64,000 nucleotides of DNA from the human T2T-CHM13v2.0 reference genome, Homo sapiens. A program made the position numbers and the translations under genes. The stretch covers positions 2,400,001 to 2,464,000 of the forward strand of contig CP068257.2 in assembly GCA_009914755.4 (NCBI GenBank), read 5' to 3'. Shown piece by piece: positions 33,986-48,543 of the stretch. Each line of letters starts with the position of its first letter. The first letter of the stretch is position 1. The notes under the pieces are model-generated. The model was not told the origin of the DNA, did no database searches, and saw nothing but the letters and a program-made list of their open reading frames with translations.

Positions 33986-35029
33986 TGCATGTGATGAGAT
34001 TTTTACCCTTCCTCCTCCTTAATGCTACATTTTTCACTTGGCAGAATAATGATGTGAATGAAAATTCACAATCAATAGCTTCTGCTCATAAGTATCCTTT
34101 GGTTCAATGAGAAAATGACTATGTTATTGTCAATACTGTATGCTGTACCTGGATAAATTTCTCCTGGAAATTAGAAATTTATAGACACAAAAGAAGAAGA
34201 CAGGCCTCATGGTTACACCATCTCACCTGATTCCTTATTGTCATTTGATTTATTCAATTAGCTCTATGTAAGGCGAGATTAATGGCTCAAAGCCATTATG
34301 CAAACTAGAATTGTCCTATTACTATTTACTTCATAATTTCCCTTTTTAAACTGTGTATCCATTACTTAAGTTTTTTTTCAAAAGTTCAACTCCTAACAGA
34401 ATAATGCCGGTACAGCACTTTGAGATGATAGCAAAAGACTACAAAACAGACAAAATTGAACTTAATAATGAACTCCAGGTAGACTTAGCCTGAAAACTAC
34501 TCCCTTCAAATCTCCCTTCTTGCTCCAAATGTGCCTAAAAGGATTTTGACACTGACTCTTAAGTGCCAATTAACCCCACCTCAATGTGGGACGAGACCAA
34601 AAACCAAAATAGGTCCATCCTAGCACCAAGGGCCATCAAAACAGAACTAAAAGATGATTGATCAGTGATGCTTTTGGAAAAAGATCTGGAGCACAAAAGG
34701 GAGGGGAAACGTGAAATTTGTCTCAATCAAAATAGAGTCACTAGTGATAACAAAATTCTGACAGCTCAAGCTGGGGAAGGCCATGAAGAGAGCATTCTCA
34801 TGTGTGTATGCCTGATGATGAAAAAGATTCTACAAAAATTACAACCTTGCACAAAGTCCATGACAACGTTATACAAAAAAAAAAATTCTGTAAGGACACC
34901 TGCCCAGTAACTACTGCCTTCCAACCATGGACAGGCGTCACGATCGTTATTGATTTTTGTAGCCAAGGATAATTATTTCAAAACAATTATGTAACCTTCT
35001 TCATTTTTTCCTTTGAAAACCTTTGTCTT

Positions 35030-35745
35030 TGATGTAATTTGGATGTTTGCCCTCTCCAAATCTCGTGTTGAAATGTAATCCCCATTGTTGGAGGTGGGGC
35101 CTGGGGAGGTGACTGGATCATGGGGGCAGGTCCTTTATGAATGGTTTAGCACAATCCCCTTCGTGATAAGTTCTCACCCTGAATTCATGTGAGATCTGGT
35201 TGTTTAAAAGTGTGTGGAGGTTGGGCGCAGTGGCTCACGCCTGTAATCCCAGCACTTGGGGAGGCTGAGTTGGGCAGAGTACTAGAGATCAGGAGTTTGA
35301 GACCAGCCTGGCCAACATGGTGAAACCCTCTCTCTACTAAAAATAACAAAAAATAGCTGGGCTTGGTGGCATATGCCTGTAATTCCAGCTACTCAGGAGG
35401 CTGAGACAGGAATCGCTTGATCCCAGGAGGCAGAGGTTGCAGTGAGCCGTTATCACGCCACTGCACTCCAGCCTCAGTGACAGAGTGAGACTCCATCTAA
35501 AAAAGAAAAAAGAAAAGGTGTGGCATCTCTCCCCTCCCTCTGTTGCCCCTGCTCTCACCATGTGATGTGCCTGCTCCAACGTCAAATTCTGCCATGAATA
35601 AATGTTTCCTGAGGCTCTCACCAGAAGCAGATGTCAGAACCATGCATCCTATCAGACCTGTAGAACCATGAGCCAATTAAACCTCTTTCCTTTATAAATA
35701 GCTCAGCCTCAGGCATTTCTTTACAGCAACATACAAATGTTCTAG
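35030..35745 (+). mobile_element. MaLR (THE1/MST-type) LTR interrupted by a nested Alu at 35216-35515
   Basis: LTR motifs lie on both sides of the Alu (..aaatctcgtgttgaaatgtaatccccattgttggaggtggggcc.. and ..ctcaccagaagcagatg..ctttataaatagctcagcctcagg..). The Alu is flanked by the direct repeat aaaagtgtgtgg / aaaaggtgtgg. Confidence 0.8.
35216..35515 (+). mobile_element. Alu SINE nested in the MaLR LTR
   Basis: Alu consensus. About 11-bp target-site duplication. Confidence 0.9.
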
Positions 35746-36878
35746 CAGAGTCTTTACCTCCCTGCATATGCACATGGTTTACTATGGCACACATATTTCT
35801 ATTCAATGCTCTATTCCCAAACAAGAGTATTTTCTTTCTTTTAGAGAGACTCTGTTTCCTGTGTAGGTTGATGGTTCCAGCTGATCTCAGAAATACTGGA
35901 AAAGACAAGCAAAACTGTGGCAGATCAGGTCTCATTAACAGTTGAACAGGAAGGACTCCGTGACAAGAGCTTCCACACTGACTGAACTGGTTAGGTTAAA
36001 TATTAAAGGCTGAACGAAGAGTTGCCCTTACACAAAGGCTGGAACATAACAATAGCAGACAAAAAGTCTGGCCTAGGCCTTTCCTGGGCCTTGAAGCGCA
36101 ACAAGATAACAAAGAATTTCTTACATTCTTCACACCAGGATGCATTTAGGATTAAAAACTTCTGTTGGATGTCTGAAGAAACTCCCCCAGACCTCCACAC
36201 CTTAGCTGGAGACAAGATAACAGTAATCACCTCCAGCACCAGGACCCCATCTAGATTAGGCAAACTTACTGAGGCTCCGGAGGAAGGTCTCCAGGACCCA
36301 GAACTTAGTTATAGATTAGGTGGAATCAGTCACTTTTGTCCTTAGGAAAATGCACACTTACACACAGACATACAGCTTAGAAGGTATATAAGCTCTGGAA
36401 AAACTTGGTAACTTTGAGTTTGTCTGGTGATGTTTTCCCCAGCCTTCTCCCTATACCTGGTTACAGAAATAAAATCTCTTCTTTCCAAGTTTGTCTGCAT
36501 CTCATTACTGGACCATGAGAACAAGCAGCCAGAATCTTGATTTGGTCCAGGAACACAACCAGCTAAAGAAAATCTGAATTGGGATTAGAAATATGGAGGT
36601 ATGTAAACAGATCAGTTTGAATATTGGGCTCCAAATCCTTTCATAGATATTAAACATATACCTGAAATTACAAATGAGGTAACCATTCAAAAGCTTATTC
36701 ATGATTGAAGAGGGGCTGGGATACCCGTTTCTTCTTTGGGGACATGCTTTTCATTAGCCCTAATCTCATAATCCACATAGGAGTTCCTTTCTTCTAAAGA
36801 TTTTTCTTTTTTTACCACTTTATTCACTGCTGCTTGAAGGGCAACACCAGATGCAGGTTGAGCCAATAGTGCCAGCCA

Positions 36879-36936
36879 GTAAGAACTGGAGTGCACAGTA
36901 AGAACTGGGGTGCACTGTAAGAACTGGGGTGCACTC
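36879..36936. repeat. 19-bp tandem repeat, 3 copies (gtaagaactggggtgcact)
   Basis: Direct reading. Confidence 0.8.
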
Positions 36937-37814
36937 CCACCACCATTACCAGTGCTTTCACACCCTCCCATGGGATGCAGTACCCACGGCAGAGGAGCAC
37001 TCTGAACATAGTTGTGGGTTACGAGGCTGCATCTGCAGTCCACACTCTTACCAAACCACGAGATCAATGCTAACTCCCTAAAGCAGGCTGGGAACACAGA
37101 TCTTCCTCCTTCACACAGCTCTGGGAAGCTCTAACTTCTTTTTGCACTTAAGATAAATTTTCATGCAGCAATCCCACTACCAGGAACTTATCAAAAGGAA
37201 ATATTTGGAATGCACACAGATGCATGCAGTTATTGATCTGTAATTATCTGGATGTCTATCAGTAAGAAATTAGTTATTTAAATTTATTCACATGCATTCA
37301 AATGACAACTCCACAACCTTTAGGAGAATAAAAATGGATTTCAAGGATCTTCTCTCTCAGAGAGGCAGTGTAGAGTGATGGCTAAGAGTTCCAGCTGGCA
37401 GCAAGCTCACCTGGACTCACATCTGAGCTCTATACTTACTGTCTCTGTGGCCTTGGGTAAATTATCAAGGGCTCTGAGCCCCACATCCCCCATCTGTAAA
37501 ATGGATTTTTAGGAAGATTAAATGGGTTTTAATGTAAAGTGCCCAGGACACACTGTACTTGGGACATAGCAAGAATTCAATGCAAATTAGTCAGTATTGA
37601 TGACATGTCCTTAAATGAGTAAAACATGTTATGAAACAACATGTAGACGATGCTTATATTTTTATTTCCTATGTGAACCCAAAATATCTGAGACAGGTCT
37701 TAGTTCAGAAACTTAATTTTGCCAAGGTTAAGAACATACCCATGACACAGACTCAGGAGGTTCTTATGACATGTGCCCAAGGTGGTTGTGATACAGCCTG
37801 CTTTTATACATTAT

Positions 37815-38108
37815 TATTTTTTTCTCAGACAGAGTCTCTCTCCATCACCCAGGCTGGAGGGCAGTGGCTCAATCTCGGCTCACTGCAACCTCCTCCACCT
37901 CCCATGTTCAAGCAATTCTCCTACCTCAGTCTCCAGAGTAACTGGGATTACTAGGGCCCGCCACCACAGCCGGCTAATTTTTGTATTTTTAGTAGAGACG
38001 GGATTTCACCATGTTGACCAGACTGTCCTCGAACTCCTGACCTTGTGATCCACCTGCCTCGGCCTCCCAAAGTGCTGGGTTTACAGACATGAGCCACCAC
38101 GTGCAACC
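37815..38108 (-). mobile_element. Alu SINE
   Basis: Reverse-complement Alu consensus. Confidence 0.9.
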
Positions 38109-38805
38109 ACTTTTATACATTTCAGGGAGAAATGAGACATCAATTAATATATGTAAGATTTTCATTGGTTTGATCTGGTAGGGTGGGGAGCTTCCAGGTC
38201 ATAGATAAATTTAAACATTGATTGAAAGAGTTATTAGTAGAAAGGAATGCCTGTGTTACAATAAGCAGTTATGAAGACCAAGGTTTTATCATGCAGATGA
38301 AGCCACCAGGTCACAGGCCTCAGAGAAAATAGATTGTAAATGTTTCTTGTTACACTTGAGGTTTGTATTGATGTTAATGCTGGAGGGGTACAATGAGGCA
38401 TTTACAAGCCCGTTTTCATCATGGCCTGAACTAGAGTTTCAGGTTAACTCCGGAATGGCCTCTGCCAAGAGGATGGGTCCATTCAGATGGCTGTTGGGGG
38501 GCCTTAGAATTCCACTTTTGGTTAACACTGTCCCCCTTCTGGCCAAGTCAGTGGCCACCCAATTTTTATTTTGTCCTGTAGTGTTGCCAGGGTGGCGTAG
38601 CTACCTACTTCACGTCCACCCTATTTTTGTAGCCTGTCAGTTTCAGGTGATTACCTAAGAACCTTAAGATACATGGTTATTTTACCAATAATTTAAGATT
38701 TAGCTGTTTTCATTAAACCGCAACATTAACATCTTATTGGTTTAAAAACCACAAAAGCAGAGATGATTCTGTTTGGTGGCTGGCTTTATAGTTTTATAAC
38801 TTTTC

Positions 38806-39082
38806 ATTTTTTGAGATGGAGTCTCACTGAGACACCCAGGCTGGAGTGCAGTGGCACCACTCTGCTCACTGCAACCTCTGCCCCCTGGGTTCAAGAGATT
38901 CTCCTGCCTCGGCCTCCTAAGTAGCTGGGAATACAGGTGACTGCCACCACAGCTAGATTTTGTATTTTTAGTAGAGACGGGTTTCACCATATTGGCCAGA
39001 CTGGTCTCGAACTGACTTCATGATCCAACCGCCTAGGCCTCCCAAAGTGTTGGAATTACAGGGGTGAGCCACTGCGCCTGGT
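38806..39082 (-). mobile_element. Alu SINE
   Basis: Reverse-complement Alu consensus. Confidence 0.9.
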
Positions 39083-39460
39083 CAATTTTATAAATTTTAT
39101 GCCAAATTCTGACACCTTATAGTATGTGGCAGAGATAAGTATGAAATAGCTTGATCAATAAGTCATGTGAACATGAAAAACTTTTGGGCGAATTATTGAA
39201 TTTATGAGGACTCTTTAAGTTTAAGCCAAATTTGTTGCCTGTGATCAAAAACACGTAAGAAAATATGCGTACATACACATAAACACACACATACACACTC
39301 GTACAAACAAAGATCCTGTAGCTTTTGCTTCAGAAATCTAGCCATGAGATATTGATACAGACTTTTAGGTTTGCAAAACAATAACAAAAATAATTGGATG
39401 CAAACAGTGGACTTTAACTTAGTGAACAAATATTTAGTGCAAAGCCCCTCATCTTAGTAA

Positions 39461-40010
<550 letters not shown>

Positions 40011-40384
40011 CAACACCCCTTGGAATTTTTAACATGCTTGGTGAGAGGCAATGGTACTGGGAACCCGTGGACCTGCACACAGGGGGTGCCTCCTGTGGTA
40101 GTACCCGGGGCCCTGCTGCCACCAGCAGACCCCTGGCCTGTCCTGCTGACTGCCAGCTTATGCTCCTCCACCACCACCGCCTCTGGTCTTCCCAGTCATT
40201 TCCAGTGCTCAGGGTTGCTCCTCCTCTGTCTCCTCAAGCCCTCAGCTCAGTGCTGCCCCTCCAACCTCACTGAGACCCTTGGTGGTTCCTTTCCATCCTC
40301 AGCTCCCTCGCAGACCCTGAGTAGTATCCAGCCACACTCAGTTCTCTCTCCTGGATGCTCTGTCCTCCCTTGGCCACTCAATAC

Positions 40385-40485
40385 TACAGTATTTAAGTCC
40401 TATTCGTCATAGTCTTTGTTGGGGTATGATGATGAGTAAGAGCCATAGTTCACAGTGAAGTGGCCTGATTCAAATTAGGGTTAGG
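40385..40485. repeat. ~100-bp segment duplicated as a direct repeat at 41248-41345
   Basis: tactacagtatttaagtcctattcgtcatagtctttgttggggtatgatgatga(gt/tt)a(a/c)gagccatagttcacagtgaagtggcctgattcaaa is present at both sites. Confidence 0.85.
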
Positions 40486-40487
40486 GT

Positions 40488-40530
40488 CTGGTTCTGGGTT
40501 AGGGCTTGGGGTGTTAAAATAAAAGCCTTA
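40488..40530. repeat. Short degenerate telomere-like tract ttagggttagggtctggttctgggttagggcttggggtg
   Basis: Direct reading shows three TTAGGG hexamers plus degenerate copies. It sits immediately after the first 100-bp direct repeat. Confidence 0.6.
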
Positions 40531-41384
40531 GACAAGTTCAATTTCACAGAGTTTAGTCGGGCAGAAAAAGGTTCATAAACTGGGTAGCACTCAGGACAAA
40601 TGTGATTCAGAATCCTCCACCACACAAGGGGGTGCAAGCTATATTTACAGCCAGAAAAAAATGACATACAGAGAGCCTTTGTTGGCTGCAGTCAGCATTT
40701 GCCTTATTTGGTCATGTTTTCGCAGCTTTCAGCCTGAGACTGGCTGCAGGAACCTTCAGCCAAGACTTGGCTCCTTGGCACAAGAATGTATACTCTTGGT
40801 TTATAGTTTGTGTTCACATTCAGTCATGTTACAGTTCACCATGTACAGAGGCAGCTTTATGCCCAACTTGATTTAAAAATTAGCTACTTTGGAGAGGGAG
40901 CTTTGTGAGACCGACCAAAGGCATGAGCAGTGACACCACCTTCTGTCATCATCATGGTGAATTTTTTTGATCTCAGTACGGTATTCATAGTCCACGATGT
41001 CAAAATAATTACATGATTCTCATGTTTTCTTCAAGGTTTTGTTACTCCAATCATAATGAGACTAGTTGATGTACAAAGAATGTGCTGCATACTAGTACGT
41101 AAGACTTTTAAGTGAGTACAATACATTAGTGATGACATCATGCTGGTTATCAGAAGGATAATACCAAGAAACTTAAATGCGCCCCTTAACAGGAATTTCA
41201 GCAAAGAAAACATTAAAATCAAACAATTCAAAATTCAGGCAAAAGAGAGAGTACTACAGTATTCAAGTCCTATTGTTCATAGTCTTTGTTGGGGTATGAT
41301 GATGATTACGAGCCATAGTTCACAGTGAAGTGGCCTGATTCAAAGAGGTATTCATGCTTTCAGTTGGTCTGTGTTTTACTCCAT

Positions 41385-41620
41385 TTGTATTGTTATAAAT
41401 AAATACTTGAGGCTGGGTAATTTATAAAGAAAGAGGTTTATTTGGCTCACAGTTCTGCAGGTTATACAAGCAACATGGTGCTGGCATCTGCTTCTAAGGA
41501 AGCCTCAGGAAACTTACAATCATGGCAGAAGACTAAGAGTGAGCTGGCCATCACATGGTGAGTGTGAGCAAGAGACAGACTAGGGAGATGCCAGCCTCTT
41601 TAAATAAACAGATCTTGGCC
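41385..41620 (-). mobile_element. MaLR (THE1/MST-type) LTR fragment
   Basis: ggctgggtaatttataaagaaagaggtttatttggctcacagttctgcagg..gaaacttacaatcatggcagaag. Confidence 0.75.
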
Positions 41621-41893
41621 TGGTGCAGTGGCACACACCTGTAATCCCAGTGCTTTGGGAGGCCGAGGTGGATGGATCATGAGGTCAGGAGATCGAGAGC
41701 ATCCTGGCTAACACGGTGAAACCCTGTCTATATTAAAAAACAAAAAAATTAGCCAGCGTGGTGGCAGGTGCTTGTAGTCCCAGCTACTCAGGAGGCTGAG
41801 GCAGGAGAATGGCATAAACCTGGCAGGTGGAGCTTGTGGTGAGCCAAGATCGCACCACTCTACTCCCTCCTGGGTGACAGAATGAGACTGTCT

Positions 41894-41931
<38 letters not shown>
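41617..41931 (+). mobile_element. Alu SINE with a ~37-nt pure poly-A tail
   Basis: Alu consensus. The A-run is at 41895-41931. Confidence 0.9.
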
Positions 41932-41932
<1 letters not shown>

Positions 41933-43099
41933 AGATATTATGTGAACTCAGAGTAAGAACCTGCTCGTGACCATGAGGACAGCACCAAGCATCCATGAGG
42001 GATATGTCCCCATGAACAAAATACCTTCCAGTGGGCCCACCTCCAACATTGGAGGCCATATTTCAATGAGAGATTTGGATGGGAGAAAACATCCAAAACA
42101 TATCAGTGGGATAAGACAAGTCATAGTAACCTGGACTAAATGAAACAAAAATCAGAAAACCTTGGAATAGTCAAGTCCAAAACTGGACTAAATGAAACAT
42201 AAAAATTAGAAAACCTTGGAATGATGTCAACCATCTTTCAGGGAGTCTACAAATCAGCCACATGCTGCTCCCATAAGCACGTCATGTGTTTCTTTCCCCT
42301 GAGAAATTACCTTAATGTATTCAATGGCAGTGTTTAGAGAAACGTATTACTGGCCACCATTTAAACTAAGTTCTCCATAGTAGTAAAATCAGGGGAAAGA
42401 GAAGTGGAACATTCAGTTTTGTTCAGCACCACACACAAGCCCCCAGCATGGACAAAGTGATGATTGAAAGCCGTGTCATGTTCCACCAAGTGTTTTTGTT
42501 GGACACAAACGTTCTCATCCACCAGTTGAAGGGTGACCTCTATCTTTCTAAATCCCAGTGAAGTCTGACTATCCTCCAAATCCAAAATTTTTCAACTTAC
42601 AGATTAGCTTCAAATTCCACACAACTGGCACCCCACTACCACCAAGTCTGAGGCCCCAAGAACCCCACTGGAAACTTGTCTCAGTGGAAACTAACTCATC
42701 TTCATCTATTTCAAAGTTGGTACTGATTTCCGTTATTGACTGCTTTGACCTCTGATTGTGGGAAATATTATGGGAACTTTTAAGGAAAGCTATTTGGAAG
42801 GCAGGACTGAGCCAGGTTAAATAACAACGTCCAAACCAGCAAGGAGGCAGAAGGAAGCAAATTCTCTGCGGACCCAGGAGATACCCTGGGAGCTGGAAAA
42901 GGGGTCACCTCATGGCACGTGAACCGAGCTCAGTTGCATTGGCTTATCCCTAAGTCTGCCTAGCTCCTGATCAAGTTGCAGGGGGAAACTTACTCTTATG
43001 TGGTCCACTTACAGTTGTGCAACCTACAATGTGCTCTAGATGGAGCAGCTGTAAGATGTCAGAGCTAGCAACAGCCTAGTCCCTGAGGCACTCTGGAAT

Positions 43100-43260
43100 A
43101 CCACTCACCCAGCTGCATCTGTTGAGTACCAAATGCCCCTCACCGACCTGCATCTGTGGAGTACAACATGCCCCTCACCGACTTGCATCTGTGGAGTACC
43201 ACATGTCCCTCACCCACCTGCATCTGCAGAGTACCACATGTCCCTCACCGACCTGCATAG
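43100..43260. repeat. 39-bp minisatellite (~4 copies), unit cctcaccgacctgcatctgtggagtaccacatgtcc
   Basis: Direct reading of near-identical units. Confidence 0.85.
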
Positions 43261-43814
43261 GAAGGTGCATGAGAAATAAGTTCTCTTCTGAAAATTAGCG
43301 AAAATTTCAAAAACTATACAAAACAAAAATACGCATTCACAGTCTCTGGAAATGGTCCCAAGAGCATAGAGCAAATAAAGTTTTACTCACATGCAGGAAC
43401 TCAAGGAACTTCAAATTAAACAAACACAAAGAGATCCACAGACACATCATAGTAATGATGTCAAAAGCTAAAGAAACATAGGAAACGCTGAAAGCAGAAA
43501 GTGAGATAAAGAAAGAGGAGCCATTGAGCTTAAAAGGGATCCTCTAAAACTGTTATAAGCAGGAGGAATCCCAAGGAGACTAACAGCTGATTTTTCACCA
43601 GAAACAATAGAGGCCAGGAAGAAGGGGAATAACATATAAAATGTCTGAAGAAAAAATCCTGTATTCACCATGGCTATGGTTAAAAACTGAGGGTGAAACA
43701 AAGACATACCTAGATTAACAAAACTGAGATAATTCATTGCTACCAGACCTATCTTACAAGAAATATTAAAAGAAGTTGTTCAGGCTGAAAATGATTACCC
43801 CAGACAATAATCCA

Positions 43815-43819
<5 letters not shown>

Positions 43820-43848
<29 letters not shown>
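43820..43848. repeat. (CA)n microsatellite, about 14 repeats
   Basis: acacacacacacacacacacacacacacg. Confidence 0.95.
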
Positions 43849-43850
<2 letters not shown>

Positions 43851-44554
43851 TCAGTAAAGGTAAATATGAAACTCTAAAACTAATATATTTTATATTATGA
43901 AAATAATAAACGGCAGTATAAATGCACATTTTTCTATTTTTTCTCTTGATTTGGAAAGCAATTTATAAAACAATGTCTATTCAATGTATCGTTTGTCCTG
44001 TGACATACAAAATTTAATATGTTTGCCAATAACAGTCTAACCGAGGTGAGTGGGAACAAAGCTGTATTGGATTAAGACAGCAACTCCATATATCAGACTA
44101 CAGACAACTCAAATCTATAAAAACAAATGAAGAGAATAATAAATGATAAATAAGAAGTAACTTAAAATTTTAAATATTTCTGTGCTTTACTTTTTCCTCT
44201 TAGCTTCTTAAAAGACATGGTTATATGATGTAATAATTATAACGATGTATTGTTGAGTTTTTAGTACTTATAGATGTAATACAAATAAGAATAATACCTT
44301 AAAAAGTTACAATAAGAAGGGTGTAGAACTACGTAGGGTACAAAGCTATGTGCAGAAGGGTGTGGAACAAGGTAGCGGTAATGTTTTTGTGTCTAACTGA
44401 AACTATTCTGAATTAGCATGAATCTGAAGCTGATTCTGATAGGTTAAGATTTACAGTGTAATCCCAAGAACGCTGACTAGGATAATAAGCCAAAAACAGA
44501 GTATTAAAATCATTAAAGAAATGTAATTGTCATTTTAGAAAATATTCACTGTTG

Positions 44555-44909
<355 letters not shown>

Positions 44910-45203
44910 TTAAAAGTACATATAAGGAATACAAAACAAAAATTAAATGTCTGATATGAATATAATTATATCAATAATAATATTAAATATGACTTGATTA
45001 AACAACGTAATCAAAAGTTAATTCTTGTCAGACAATAAAAAATAAGATCTTCTATGCCATCTACATTTTAGATTCAAAGATATGAATAGAGTAAAAGGAT
45101 GGAAATACATATATCATGCAAACAGTAACCCTGAGAAAGCTATTCTAAAGTAGCTATACTAATATCAGACACAATGAATTTTAAAACAAAACAAAAAAAA
45201 AAT

Positions 45204-45505
45204 CGGCCAGGTGAGGTGGCTTATGCCTGCAATCCCAGGACTTTAGGAGGCCAAGGTGGGCAGATCACCTGAGGTTAGGAATTCAGGACCAGCCTGGCCA
45301 ACATGGTGGAACCCCGTCTCTACTAAAAATACAAAATCTAGCGGGTTGTGATGATATGTACCTGTAGTCTCAGCTACTCAGGAGGCTGAGGCAGGAGAAT
45401 CGCTTGAAACAAAAAGGCGTAGGTTGCAGTGAGCTGAGATCACGTCATTGCATTCCAGCCTGGGTGACAAGAGAGAAACTCTGTCTAAAAAAAAAAAAAA
45501 AATTT
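45204..45505 (+). mobile_element. Alu SINE nested in L1
   Basis: Alu consensus with poly-A. Confidence 0.9.
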
Positions 45506-47385
45506 TAGAGATAATGTGGGACATTTTACAATAACAAAATGGCCAATCCATCAGTAAGAAAGTACAAGTATAAACATATATGCACCCAATTAAACATCAC
45601 CAAAGTACATGAAACAAAAACTGACAGAAATGACAGCCAAAATAGATGATGACTGGAGACTTCAATATGGCACTTTGACTAATGGATAGAAAGACTACCC
45701 AGTAGAGCAAAAAGGAAAAAGAAGATTCAAACAACTTCATAGTTCAACTAGACCTGAAAAACACGTGCAAAACATTCCACACAAGAGAAGCTACATTCTT
45801 CTCAAGGGCTCATCAACATTGTCCATCATAGACTCTACACTAGGCCATTAAAGGAACTGAACAGCATGTACTCCAATCACAATAGAGTGAACCTAGAAAT
45901 TAATAACAAGAAAGTAGGGAAACTGAAATATGTTGAAATTAAACCACACACATCCAAATTACTAATCAAAGAAGAAATCCAAACAGAAATTTGAAAATAT
46001 ACTTAGAGGAATGAAAATGAAGTCACAACATACAAAACTTAATGAAAGACAATTAAAGACATGCTTGCAGGGAAATTTATTGCTGTAAATATAGATAATA
46101 AAAAAGAGAACTATTTCAAATCAATAACATAACTTTTGACATAAGGACACTGGAAAAAGAAGAGCAAATGGAAGCTGAAGTAAGCGGAAGGAAGGAAATA
46201 ATAAAGATCATAGCAGAAACCAATGAAACAGAGAATAGAAAAGCAACAGAGAAAAACAATGAAACTAAAAGCACATTCAAACAAGCTTAACACAATTGAC
46301 AAACCTTATTGTCATGAAAATGTATTTTGGGTATACTACCAAGAAGTAGTGAGTTGTGCGACACAGGAACTGGAGGACCAAGATAACTGCTGTTGCTAGG
46401 ATCATCCCCCTGCTTCCCCTCACCTAAAAATGTTGACCAGATTGTAGGAAACCCAAACAATTCCTTTAAGTAGAAAGTAAATAAATTAAGAGAGCAATTT
46501 AAATGGCTTTTTTTCTTTTTTCCCTTTTTATTTTCATGATGTAAAAGGTTAGACAGGAATGCACTGCAAATGTGGAGATCTGCGTCATCTTTCTGCTGCC
46601 CAAGGCTATCCCAGTAAGTTCCTCCTGAGTAAATCTTTGACTATCTACCAGCCTGGAATGGTCTATCTCTTTCTTTGGTCTGAGAGCTTCCTCTCCATTA
46701 TGTAGGACAGCTCAGTTCCGGCAGGGAGTTTTCCTAACATTTTTCTAGACTGACTAAGAAAAATAGAAGACTCAAGTAACTAAAATCAGAAATGAAAGAG
46801 GATATATTACTACCAGCATTGCAAAAAGAAAAGAACATTTAAGGAAAAATAATATGAACAATCGTATGCCAAAATATTAGATAATTTAGATACAATGGAA
46901 AAATTCCTAGACACAAACCAGTGACACTGATGCAATAAAAAATGCTCTCACTAGACATGATAAGCAAAGAGATTGAATTACTAATAAAAAAACACTCCAC
47001 ACCAAGAAAAGCCCTAGCCCTGGAAGTTCGGCTTACTTTAGCTTCCATTTGCTCTTCTTTTTCCAGTGTCCTTATGTCAAAAGTTATGTTATTGATTTGA
47101 AATAGTTCTCTTTTTTATTATCTATATTTACAGCAATAAATGTCCCTGGTGAAATCACTGGTGAATTTTGTCCAATATTTGAAGAAGATTTAGGATCAAT
47201 TCTTTCCAAACTCTCCAAAAGATAAAAGTGGTAGAGATATGTCTCAACTCATTCTATGAGGCCAGTATTACCATGATAGCAAAGCCATACAAAGACATCA
47301 CGAGGAAAGAAAAATTCAGACCAATATATCTTATGAATACAGATCAAAACTCTTCAATAAAATACAAGCAAACAGAGAGGCTGGG

Positions 47386-47695
47386 AGTGGCGGCCCACGC
47401 CTGTTATCCCAGCACCTTGGGAGGCCGAGGTGGGGGGATCACGAGGTCAGGAGATCAAGACCATCCTGGCTAACATGGTGAAACCCCGTCTCTACTAAAA
47501 ATACAAAAAATTAGCCGGGCGTGGTGGTGGGCACCTGTAGTCCCAGCTACTTGGGAGGTTGAGGCAGGAGGGAGAATGGTGTGAACCCAGGAGGCAGAGC
47601 TTGCAGTGAGCTGAGATTGTGCCACTGCATCCCAGCCTGGGTGACAGAGTGAGACTCCATCTCAAAAAATAATAATAAAAATAAAAAATAAATGC
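47386..47695 (+). mobile_element. Alu SINE nested in L1 ORF2
   Basis: Alu consensus. Target-site duplication atacaagcaaacaga. Confidence 0.9.
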
Positions 47696-48125
47696 ATAAT
47701 ATACAAGCAAACAGAATACAGCAACATGTAAAAATAATTCTACCTCATGACCAAGTTGGATTCATCCCAAGTATACAAGTTTGGATAGCAGCCAAAAATT
47801 ATTTAATGTAATACACCATACCAATACAATAAGCAAGACCACAGTCATCTCAATAGTTGCAGATACAAAATCCAACATCCTTTCATGATGAAATATTCAA
47901 CAGAGAAGGAAAGAAGGGAACATTTTTAAACTAATAAAGAGCATATTTAAAACCACAGCCAATAGCATACTTAATATTGGAAGCCTGTATACTTATATCC
48001 TGAGATCAGGAACAAGATAGATAAATCCACTCTCACTACATCCTTTCATCATTATGCTGGAGGTGCTAGCCAGGACAATTTGGCAACAGAAATAAATGCA
48101 AGCCATCTAGATTAGAAAAGAAGTA

Positions 48126-48543
<418 letters not shown>

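Noticed and set aside
40488-40530. Telomeric TTAGGG hexamers considered as a functional interstitial telomere
   Set aside because: Only ~3 perfect hexamers are present, embedded in degenerate copies. That is far too short for telomere function. It is kept only as a marker of a rearrangement (see findings).
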